Virus record (IMG/VR): IMGVR_UViG_3300029224_000058
Coordinates: 1-48,355 of that record
DNA: 48,355 nt
DNA from: a virus
Taxonomy: Duplodnaviria > Caudoviricetes
Reading direction: 5' to 3' (one strand)
Each line of letters begins with the position of its first letter. Position 1 is the first letter of the stretch. A model generated the notes under the pieces. It saw only the letters and a program-made list of their open reading frames with translations, made no database searches and was not told the DNA's origin. Both the position numbers and the translations under genes were made by a program. This document shows, piece by piece, positions 9,398 through 16,870 of the stretch.

Positions 9398-10003
9398 TTA
9401 GTTAATCGGTAAATGTTCTCTACAAATATTCGCACATTGTTCTAAAATCGTAGCCTTTTTAGAAGCAGCAGCAGCATTATAAGACTCGATAGCAGCAGCA
9501 TAAGTATAAGCGGCGGCGGCGGCGGCAGCGGAGGCAACAGTATAAGCATAAGTATAAGCGGCGGCGGCAGCAGTATAAGCGGCGGTGGCGGCAGCGGCGG
9601 CGGCAGCAACAGTATAAGCAGCATCATCATCAGCAGCAACAGTATAAGCAGCATCATCATCAGCAGCAACAGTATAAGCAGCAATAGCAGCACTGTCTAA
9701 CTCTTCTCGTGTTGCTTTACCTAACCCAAATTGCTCTGCTACTTCAACGGCTTTTTTACTACGTTCGTCAGCCATTAAATGAACAACTAATTTAGCACAG
9801 AGAGCTTTAGCTAAAGTAATTTGTCTTAAAGTATGCCACCCTTCTTTGCCCTGCATTTCACGTGCAATCCACAACATCCAATCACCTCTGTGGCACGTTT
9901 TCCAAACTTCTTGCAAAGTCTTGCCTTTAGCCCATTCTTTAGCCTCGGTACAAGCATTTAATTGTTCTTTGCTTAATAATTCCTCAAGTTCTTTTGCATT
10001 CAT
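9398..10003 (-). CDS. phage protein with an Ala/Tyr/Thr/Asp low-complexity tract
   Basis: RGDWMLW and DERSKKAVEVAEQF..G.AT N-terminal domain, then AAYTVAADDD repeats. Confidence 0.8.
   Translation of the reverse strand: MNAKELEELLSKEQLNACTEAKEWAKGKTLQEVWKTCHRGDWMLWIAREMQGKEGWHTLRQITLAKALCAKLVVHLMADERSKKAVEVAEQFGLGKATREELDSAAIAAYTVAADDDAAYTVAADDDAAYTVAAAAAAATAAYTAAAAAYTYAYTVASAAAAAAAYTYAAAIESYNAAAASKKATILEQCANICREHLPIN
9465..9692 (-). repeat. coding low-complexity repeat with exact 27-bp tandem units
   Basis: cagcagcaacagtataagcagcatcat repeated near 9603-9680, plus GCC runs. Confidence 0.9.
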
Positions 10004-10005
10004 AA

Positions 10006-10260
10006 TTATATTTTGTTTAAAAGGGTTGGTATTTCAGGATACAGAGGCTTACTTCCATCACCACTATTAGAGTAATCAAAACTAAAAGGCAACGGCGTAC
10101 CTGCTCTCGAAGCGTCGCTTATTATGTTTTCTAATTCTCTTACAAGTATAGCCATCTCCTCGTAATATTTATCGCTATTGTAGGGGGCTAAAAGTTCTTG
10201 TATGCTCTCTCTTATAGCGTTTATAGCTATTGAGTTATCTTTTTCAAGTAATCCATTCAT
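10006..10260 (-). CDS. hypothetical protein
   Basis: The ATG at 10260 (MNGLLEK) lies 4 nt after a TAnnTTTG box, so the track's 10287 start is probably too long. Confidence 0.6.
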   Translation of the reverse strand: MNGLLEKDNSIAINAIRESIQELLAPYNSDKYYEEMAILVRELENIISDASRAGTPLPFSFDYSNSGDGSKPLYPEIPTLLNKI

Positions 10261-10264
10261 AAGG

Positions 10265-10296
10265 CAAACATACCTTAAACAAACCAAACAAACAAG
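10265..10296 (-). promoter_or_regulatory. Bacteroidota sigma-A promoter
   Basis: CTTG-N20-TATGTTTG on the minus strand. Confidence 0.7.
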
Positions 10297-10356
10297 CTAA
10301 ACCTTGTTTTTGTTAAGTTGTTTTATTGCAAATAATACAAAAAACAGGGGAGAGAC

Positions 10357-10914
10357 TTATAATATCCACTCGATACTGGGCTTGCCCTTATAGTCTTTAT
10401 CCCACACAAACCATGAAAATGAAATCATGCCTGAATTTTTCATGGGCTTACCATTTTTTGTTAAAGATACCCGCTTACTAAACTGATACATAGTTTTCAA
10501 AGGAAAATTTTTATCTTGAAACATACTATACCGTTGCTCGCTCTCTAAAAACACGGTTTTTAAGAACATTGCTATCTTTTTATTTGACTGCAATTTTGCC
10601 CTATTTACAAACTCTAAAGCCGAACTAAATGGTGGGTTTGTTATTATATTGTCTGCTTGGTTAGGGTTGAAAAAGAAGTCTGATTGTTCACCATAGCCTC
10701 TATTTACTATATCAGTACTATAAACTTCATAGCCTTGCTCAATTAGCACCTGTGATATATCACCAGCACCACAAGCACATTCCCAAATGTTGCCTTCAAA
10801 TTTTTCTCGTTTTAGCAACGCCTCTACTGCGTAGGCTGGAGTAGGGTAAAAATCGTGCTTATCCCTTTCGCCGTTTTTTCGGCTTGCCCCAACTATTGGT
10901 AATCCTTTTCCCAT
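10357..10914 (-). CDS. DNA N6-adenine methyltransferase
   Basis: DFYPTP, WECACGAG (SAM binding), ITNPPF (catalytic), WFVW. Confidence 0.9.
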   Translation of the reverse strand: MGKGLPIVGASRKNGERDKHDFYPTPAYAVEALLKREKFEGNIWECACGAGDISQVLIEQGYEVYSTDIVNRGYGEQSDFFFNPNQADNIITNPPFSSALEFVNRAKLQSNKKIAMFLKTVFLESEQRYSMFQDKNFPLKTMYQFSKRVSLTKNGKPMKNSGMISFSWFVWDKDYKGKPSIEWIL

Positions 10915-10924
10915 TTATTCTTTT

Positions 10925-10952
10925 TTAAAGTGGTCGAATTCGACCACTTTAA
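10925..10952. repeat. perfect 28-bp palindrome
   Basis: TTAAAGTGGTCGAA|TTCGACCACTTTAA. Confidence 0.95.
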
Positions 10953-10999
10953 GATTTTTATTTTAAAGCGTTTCCCATTTATTATTATTATCTGGTATT

Positions 11000-11182
11000 T
11001 TAATCTTTGTAAAAACTTATATTTACAAATATATATTCTATGACAGTTGTGAATAGCCCCGTAATAGAGGCAGCTAACGGGATTGTGCTGTTATTTTCAA
11101 TACTTAATAAAATTCCTATTATGAAAAAATAAATAAGAAGATATAGTATTATTATTATAAGAATTTTTAAAAAAAGTATCAT
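11000..11182 (-). CDS. small membrane protein
   Basis: Two hydrophobic segments; tightly packed in the cluster. Confidence 0.5.
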   Translation of the reverse strand: MILFLKILIIIILYLLIYFFIIGILLSIENNSTIPLAASITGLFTTVIEYIFVNISFYKD

Positions 11183-11188
11183 TTGGTT

Positions 11189-11806
11189 TTATTTATTAAT
11201 TGGTTTTTTTTGTTCGGGTATTTTAAACACCTCCAACGGGGCTAACCCTATAAATGTGGTGGTTTTACCTTCGTAGTTGATAGTCGTTTGTACCGACCTG
11301 TGGTGATGTCCATATATCCAGTATTCGGGCTTATGTTCTTTGAAACACGCCTCTAAAAGTTGCCTTGTTATAGATTTGTCTTGTATGCCATACAGTAAAG
11401 AGGCTAAACTTTGTGGGCAATCATGGCTCACCACTACACGTGGTTTGTTAGCAAAATAAGCGTTATCAACCCTGCGTGCTTCTGCATAGCTTAACTCTTC
11501 ATTTTCAAACCATGATACGTTTTTTATTCGATACTCTTTATCGATACTGTCAGCACCACGAATAATAAATATACCTTTCCACAAATTAAAATCTGTTGTT
11601 GAATAAGGCGAAGTTTCTAAATATGGTAAATAATCGTGATTACCCATATTAATTTTGTGTTTATTAGGGTCTGAATCACTTTTATGTAGCGCATCCCACT
11701 CTTCTTTAAATCCAAAATCACCAACTTGCAAGCTATTATCATTAAGATTACGTACTATTTTTAAGTAAGTTTCTATATTGCCGTGAACATCTCCTATTAC
11801 GTACAT
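11189..11806 (-). CDS. calcineurin-like metallophosphoesterase
   Basis: GDVHG, GDFG, GNHD, SHD, GHHH motifs. Confidence 0.92.
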   Translation of the reverse strand: MYVIGDVHGNIETYLKIVRNLNDNSLQVGDFGFKEEWDALHKSDSDPNKHKINMGNHDYLPYLETSPYSTTDFNLWKGIFIIRGADSIDKEYRIKNVSWFENEELSYAEARRVDNAYFANKPRVVVSHDCPQSLASLLYGIQDKSITRQLLEACFKEHKPEYWIYGHHHRSVQTTINYEGKTTTFIGLAPLEVFKIPEQKKPINK

Positions 11807-11815
11807 ATTTTAATA

Positions 11816-12013
11816 TTAAATTTCTATATCTTTAGTTTCAAGCCTATAATAAGGTATTATAAAACTTGGGAATACATCACTTTGGTACATTCCTATCCAC
11901 CATATACGGGGCTTAGCCATCCATTTGAATCTGTAAACAAAAACCCGTTCCTCTATCTCTAAGGTTTCAGTGTTTTTGTAAGTTACTGTTAAGTAATATC
12001 TTCTCTTTTTCAT
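11816..12013 (-). CDS. hypothetical protein
   Basis: ORF in the minus-strand cluster. Confidence 0.5.
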   Translation of the reverse strand: MKKRRYYLTVTYKNTETLEIEERVFVYRFKWMAKPRIWWIGMYQSDVFPSFIIPYYRLETKDIEI

Positions 12014-12067
12014 ATCTGCTAATGTTTAATGTTTTTAATCTTTGCCATAATTGTTTGTTTTATTTTA

Positions 12068-12466
12068 TTAATCTATTACCCGTAATGTATATTTTAAAAT
12101 ACATGGAGTATGGTCGGAAGGAATATAATGTAGCCTATAAAGGATAGAATTATTACTAAACTCATATATATCTACATCTTCGTTAAGGTGAACAGAATAA
12201 CTACCTGAAGAGATAGAATATAATAAAGTATCGCCTATTTCAGGCGAATATACCAAATACGGAAAACATATCGGTTTTACTTGTATAGTCGTATCTGTAT
12301 CATAAAAATAAACTATATATTCTATATGATAATTTTCAGATTTATACTTAGTAAAATCTTTTGGTATTGCTTGTTTAGTTATATCATGAAAATAAAGTAT
12401 AAAAAAAGTAAATAATATCAACACTAAAGCTAAATAAAAATATCTCATTTTTTGTTTTTTACTCAT
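12068..12466 (-). CDS. hypothetical protein with an N-terminal membrane anchor
   Basis: Hydrophobic N-terminal helix. Confidence 0.5.
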   Translation of the reverse strand: MSKKQKMRYFYLALVLILFTFFILYFHDITKQAIPKDFTKYKSENYHIEYIVYFYDTDTTIQVKPICFPYLVYSPEIGDTLLYSISSGSYSVHLNEDVDIYEFSNNSILYRLHYIPSDHTPCILKYTLRVID

Positions 12467-12792
12467 TTATTATTTCAGTTTTCAAAAGTTTGCTCTTCAT
12501 AGTTTTGAAGTTTGTTATAAAGGTCTTTAATCTATTCATGGGATGTTTGTTTGAATGTTTTATTTAGATGTGAATGTTTAATAAAATATAGTTACAATTT
12601 TATTAAAGTGTTATAATAACTATTGAATGTTTTTGAGATAGTTGGGAAGATGTTGAAATAGAGATGTGGTGATTGTCATAATTCTCAATGTTCATAGGCA
12701 TCTTCAAGCTTTTTAAACACTTTAAAAAGTCCTAATTACACCTCAGAATAACTCTTTATTTCTTAGTTATACATCATATGTGTATAACTTTA

Positions 12793-13167
12793 CTAATCTT
12801 TATATATTTCAATCAACTTATTATAACATTCAAGTCCTGATTCAGTTAAATCATTTACATTATCTCCTAAATCACTTGTAGTCCAATATTGCATACAGTC
12901 ATGTAAGTTTTGTAAGTTTTCCCAAAACTTAACATGGTGTCCTTTGTATTCTTCTTTTAATACCTTATCAATTCCATATTCTTTATGGATATCCAATACA
13001 TTTAGTATCGCATTATTAAACTCTTCAGGATTTTCCATACATCTGCCTATTGGGCAGGTGTCTCCGTTCCTGTAATAATAACAATCATGAGTCTTATTAT
13101 CAATAGCTCTATTATGAGTTTTGTAATATTCAACTGTCTCTTCTATTATTTGTATTTTACTTAGCAT
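12793..13167 (-). CDS. phage hypothetical protein (Cys/His motifs)
   Basis: CYY..G..CPIGRCM and FW..LQ.LHD motifs. Confidence 0.7.
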   Translation of the reverse strand: MLSKIQIIEETVEYYKTHNRAIDNKTHDCYYYRNGDTCPIGRCMENPEEFNNAILNVLDIHKEYGIDKVLKEEYKGHHVKFWENLQNLHDCMQYWTTSDLGDNVNDLTESGLECYNKLIEIYKD

Positions 13168-13169
13168 AG

Positions 13170-13370
13170 TTAAGTTATGATTAGTTTAGTTAAAAGTATT
13201 GAAATTATAGTAAATATTCCAACTATAACTTCAATATATAAGAGGTCTACTAATTTAACTTTGGTTTTTTTAAGTATCTTTTTATTGTAAAGCGTAATGT
13301 ATATGCTCATTAATAGACAGAATAGTACTATTGATGATGAAATTTCATATATTACTTTGTATTGTTCCAT
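13170..13370 (-). CDS. small membrane protein
   Basis: Two hydrophobic segments. Confidence 0.5.
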   Translation of the reverse strand: MEQYKVIYEISSSIVLFCLLMSIYITLYNKKILKKTKVKLVDLLYIEVIVGIFTIISILLTKLIIT

Positions 13371-13385
13371 AAGTATTGTTTTAAA

Positions 13386-14117
13386 TTAAAAATCAATACC
13401 TAAATCATTGGCTATTTCTCGGACAGTTTCGCCAAATCCAAAATGCGCATACCAGTATGGTCTTTCGGTATTCAGGGTCTCGCCAGTGGATAATTCCCAC
13501 TCATTACACAATGCTTGAATTTCGTCAAAATGATTGTAATAAAAATCATTACAATCGGAAGTCATTATAAGAAAACCAACGCTTCCATTATTTGACCCAT
13601 TATTTAACTGGTCTTTAAAAAACACCGCTATATCTTCATTGTCTCCCCTTTTAAGGGCTTCTTGCGCTACCGCCACCTTTAGCTGGTTATTGTCGCTTAA
13701 AAGCTCGGTTAACGCTGTTTTGAGGTCTGTTTGTACTATCATATTATTATTTGTTTGTGGGTTATATCCTGTAATTTTACCCCAAGCGTGTAAGGGTGGC
13801 AAAATTATATCATTATTAAAATCTTTTATTACACCATATTGAACGGTAAAAGGTTGTGTTTGAAAATAACCTCTACTCTCTACTCTAAATCCTTCAAAGT
13901 CTTGTAAAGTAGCAGTTCTAATTTTGCGAAATTGGTAATCTATAAAAACTGCATTCATACCTACATTAGCACCTCTGGTAATAGATTCAGCAATAATACC
14001 AGCTTTCCAAGTATTCAAATACTCATCGTGTATAATAGCTAATATATTTTCATCTATTACAACACAAAGAGTATTAGCTGTAGTAATAATACCATTATTC
14101 AAAATTTCAGTTTTCAT
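13386..14117 (-). CDS. early phage protein with an acidic DUF7222-like C-terminal domain
   Basis: NG...GSVGFLI...D...FY..H.DEI C-terminal motif; family recalled, not searched. Confidence 0.6.
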   Translation of the reverse strand: MKTEILNNGIITTANTLCVVIDENILAIIHDEYLNTWKAGIIAESITRGANVGMNAVFIDYQFRKIRTATLQDFEGFRVESRGYFQTQPFTVQYGVIKDFNNDIILPPLHAWGKITGYNPQTNNNMIVQTDLKTALTELLSDNNQLKVAVAQEALKRGDNEDIAVFFKDQLNNGSNNGSVGFLIMTSDCNDFYYNHFDEIQALCNEWELSTGETLNTERPYWYAHFGFGETVREIANDLGIDF

Positions 14118-14468
14118 AATTTTATAGTTTAAATTCGTCTATGGCTTGTTTTCAAATTTCTTTAGTAGGTTTTCTACTGTGATTGTACTAACATGCCCAA
14201 AAACACATGAATAGTCTTTTTCGTCTTCACTTAGAAATGAAAATATACCCGCATTTAGAAGTTGTCTTGCTGTGGCAAAATTACCTGTCCTTTTAGAAAA
14301 AAAAGCAATTTCTAAATGTGTGTAGTCGTTTGGGTTTTAAATTTTAATTTTTTCATAATTTAAATTAATGATATTGTTTGCATAATGCGTAGTGCCAAAG
14401 GCACTAACGCTAAAATAAGGGTGGCAGAAATAAAGATTACCTCGTATTTTCTTGCCCTGTGTTGTTTA

Positions 14469-14693
14469 TTATGAATTACGGGTTTTTTCAATTTCATCAA
14501 TTAATTTGTCTATATCGTAACTTTGAAATACAAAAAGGCAATCATCACTGATTTTTGTTTTATAAGGTTTTCCACCTAAACTTTTAGCACGTTTTTTAGC
14601 TAAGGATAGACCAGTTTCTTTTTCTCCTAAGAAATCTGTGTAAGGAAACACATATCTTGGGTTTCCGTTTACGTCTCTTTTTATTTTTTCCAT
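14469..14693 (-). CDS. small early phage protein
   Basis: KRDVNGNPRYV motif; downstream of a promoter. Confidence 0.7.
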   Translation of the reverse strand: MEKIKRDVNGNPRYVFPYTDFLGEKETGLSLAKKRAKSLGGKPYKTKISDDCLFVFQSYDIDKLIDEIEKTRNS

Positions 14694-14722
14694 AATACTA
14701 TATTTACATCTAATTTCTTATT

Positions 14723-14754
14723 CAAAGGTATGAATAACTATTTAAACAAACAAG
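14723..14754 (-). promoter_or_regulatory. Bacteroidota sigma-A promoter
   Basis: CTTG-N20-TACCTTTG on the minus strand. Confidence 0.75.
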
Positions 14755-14970
14755 CTAAACTTTGTTTTTATTACTGCTTGGAGAAACCCATTTTTCAGGG
14801 GTGCTTGTCCACCCCGCTTTTTGCAGCCATTTCCGCATAGTATTTTCTTTAGGGTAGTTGCCTTTTTTTAGCCTATTTTTCGCATTGCTAACCCGCCTCC
14901 GCTCTATGCCGACTTTGGTAAATTCGGCACGGGTATTTAGAGCCGTTTCAAACGCTTGTTTTATATTCAT
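14755..14970 (-). CDS. small basic protein, possibly HTH
   Basis: Basic, helical, 71 aa. Confidence 0.55.
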   Translation of the reverse strand: MNIKQAFETALNTRAEFTKVGIERRRVSNAKNRLKKGNYPKENTMRKWLQKAGWTSTPEKWVSPSSNKNKV

Positions 14971-14984
14971 AATTCTTTTAAACC

Positions 14985-15137
14985 TTAACTATTGTTAAGT
15001 TTGTTTTCTGTTTTTAGCATTGAAAAAATAATCATGTCTTGTTTAGTGTGCGTAACCTGTAGTTCCCAAGTATGTATTTCGTGGTTCATTTGCTGCTTTT
15101 GGGCGTTTATTTTGTCCCAATGTTCTTGTTCTGTCAT
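14985..15137 (-). CDS. hypothetical protein (MTEQEHWDK...)
   Basis: ATG at 15137 lies downstream of the promoter at 15158-15190. Confidence 0.5.
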   Translation of the reverse strand: MTEQEHWDKINAQKQQMNHEIHTWELQVTHTKQDMIIFSMLKTENKLNNS

Positions 15138-15157
15138 ATTATTGTGATTTGTTGAAA

Positions 15158-15190
15158 CAAAGGTAAGGTAAAAAGACAACACAACGCAAG
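15158..15190 (-). promoter_or_regulatory. Bacteroidota sigma-A promoter heading the early cluster
   Basis: CTTG-N21-TACCTTTG on the minus strand. Confidence 0.75.
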
Positions 15191-15219
15191 TCTTTTGTAA
15201 AGTATTTTATTTTTGGGTT

Positions 15220-15745
15220 TCAAAATAGAAGGTAAAACAAAACCAAAGTAACGTGAAAAGCCCAGCGAATACAAACACCACAAAACAATGACCGTAAGGT
15301 CATAAAACACCCCGAAACAACAAAAAGACACGATACCAACACAATACACACTTTTGTAATAACATTTGTATATACAACATTTGTACATACAAATAACATC
15401 TCGAAAAAAGAAGAGAATGAAACAAATCATAAAATAGCCAAATAATACCCCAAAAAAGAAACAGCAAACGCCTACAGATAATGAAGCTGCACCCACACAC
15501 CCACAAGCAAGCCGCCTAAGCAGCCAAAACGAACGAAAACACCTATAACAATAGCCACACACATATACTAATACAAAAAGAACAAAGCAGCATATTAAAC
15601 AAACCAAAAAAGCGAAGCGAAGCGAAGCAAATAAAAGAAAACAATAAAAGAAAACAAAGCAACAACAGCAAAGCCAAGCATAGCAACATATAAACGGATT
15701 TATAAAGCAAAAAAACAACACAATATAAAAAAATCATAAGGAAAT
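15220..15745. other. non-coding, strongly A/C-skewed tract
   Basis: The plus strand is dominated by A and C; overlapping minus-strand ORFs are C/F/L/V-rich compositional artefacts. Confidence 0.85.
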
Positions 15746-15802
15746 TAAGGAGTTGTGTAAATTTCAGTCGCTTTCTCACTCACGTAAGTGTTTGTAATTA
15801 AG

Positions 15803-16339
15803 CTATTTAGGCATAAAATACCATCCTTTTTGTCTCCAATTAATTGAATTGCATCTTTTAATGACAGTTTTAGGCGACAAAGCCAGTGATATAGCTGCTT
15901 GCGATGCAGTTGGATAGGTTTTATAATTGCAAATATACTTACCTTTATTCATAGGGTTGTTAGCTCCGATATTAGCTTTACTTATCAACCTCTTAGTTGC
16001 CTCCGTATGCTTCAATCCCTTTCTACCATTGCCTTTGTATAGTTCTTTACGGCTTATCCATTCGAGATTAAAGGCGTTGTTGTTAAGCGTGTTGCCGTCT
16101 TTATGGTTTACTATATTCTTATTTGGTTCGGGTTCGTTAAGCCAAGCGGTAGCTACTGCCCTGTGTACTTGCACGGTTTCAGTGATTGTATTTAAGCCTA
16201 CTTTTACGCTAAGGTTAACGGCGTGATACTGTTTACTTTTGTTATTTATAGTAAACTGCTTTACTGGACGATGCCCATTGGCTACCTCGCCTTTGATACT
16301 AACGGTATAGCCTTCGTAACCCTTTATTTTCTTAATCAT
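15803..16339 (-). CDS. HNH homing endonuclease (NUMOD4-HNH-NUMOD3-like)
   Basis: IKGYEGY.VS..G, VHRAVA, VNHKDGN..NN...NLEW, HTEATKRLIS. Confidence 0.9.
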   Translation of the reverse strand: MIKKIKGYEGYTVSIKGEVANGHRPVKQFTINNKSKQYHAVNLSVKVGLNTITETVQVHRAVATAWLNEPEPNKNIVNHKDGNTLNNNAFNLEWISRKELYKGNGRKGLKHTEATKRLISKANIGANNPMNKGKYICNYKTYPTASQAAISLALSPKTVIKRCNSINWRQKGWYFMPK

Positions 16340-16343
16340 AATG

Positions 16344-16375
16344 CAAAAATAATCCCAGCAAACCGAAAATACAAA
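16344..16375 (-). promoter_or_regulatory. Bacteroidota sigma-A promoter
   Basis: TTTG-N20-TATTTTTG on the minus strand. Confidence 0.75.
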
Positions 16376-16401
16376 CCGATATGTGAATTTACCCTTCTTT
16401 T

Positions 16402-16429
16402 TTGTCGCATAATCAACATTATGTTAAGT
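16402..16429 (+). other. XerC/XerD dif-like recombination site
   Basis: TTGTCGCATAA-TCAACA-TTATGTTAAGT versus E. coli dif GGTGCGCATAA-TGTATA-TTATGTTAAAT (11-6-11; XerD arm 10/11 identical). Confidence 0.85.
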
Positions 16430-16454
16430 AGGTATTTAAATACAGTGCATCAGC

Positions 16455-16467
16455 CCCTCCCCTACCC
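16455..16467 (-). other. two overlapping KOPS-like motifs (GGGNAGGG) oriented towards the dif-like site
   Basis: The minus strand reads GGGTAGGGGAGGG. Confidence 0.55.
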
Positions 16468-16703
16468 TACTGCAATAGGGTAAATCGATATTAAGCTATG
16501 CGAAAAATTGGATGTTTAAGTATAGTGTGGAGCGTTGGAAATAGCGAATCAAGTTTATTTTGGACAGAAAAAAGAAGTAGGGGGGGGTGTTTCCAAATTC
16601 GGGGGGAGTGCTGCGTACGGTGGGTGGTACTCCTTATATTTCCCCCACTTGTGGTTTATATTTCATTGTATTTATTCCTATACCTTTTCGTAAAAAAAAT
16701 GTT

Positions 16704-16751
16704 CACTAAAAAAACCCGCACTCAGTCTCGACAACTTACACGGGTTTTAGT
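16704..16751 (-). terminator. hairpin plus T tract (intrinsic terminator on the minus strand)
   Basis: Minus strand AAAACCCG...CGGGTTTTTTT. Confidence 0.5.
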
Positions 16752-16760
16752 TTTCAAATT

Positions 16761-16830
16761 GAGCGGAACTTCGTGGCGAAGGGAATTGACTTTTAATCAG
16801 TTCAGGAGGGTTCGAGACCCTCCCCGCTTT
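16761..16830 (+). tRNA. atypical tRNA-Lys(UUU) or tRNA-like element
   Basis: Acceptor GAGCGGA/CCCGCTT, anticodon arm ATTGA-CTTTTAA-TCAGT, T arm GAGGG-TTCGAGA-CCCTC; short D arm; no encoded CCA. Confidence 0.75.
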
Positions 16831-16839
16831 TTTGTAACG

Positions 16840-16870
16840 CAAAAATACAATAATATTATGACAGACCAAA
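16840..16870 (-). promoter_or_regulatory. Bacteroidota sigma-A promoter, antisense to the tRNA
   Basis: TTTG-N19-TATTTTTG on the minus strand. Confidence 0.65.

Noticed and set aside
9442-9693. Leu/Pro/Met-rich ORF
   Set aside because: Alternative frame of the Ala-repeat tract.
15220-15745. DGR template repeat (A-rich)
   Set aside because: No matching variable copy and no reverse transcriptase seen.
15134-15779. Three overlapping C/F/L/V-rich ORFs on the minus strand
   Set aside because: Artefacts of a T/G-rich strand that lacks stop codons; open in several frames at once; one crosses a promoter.
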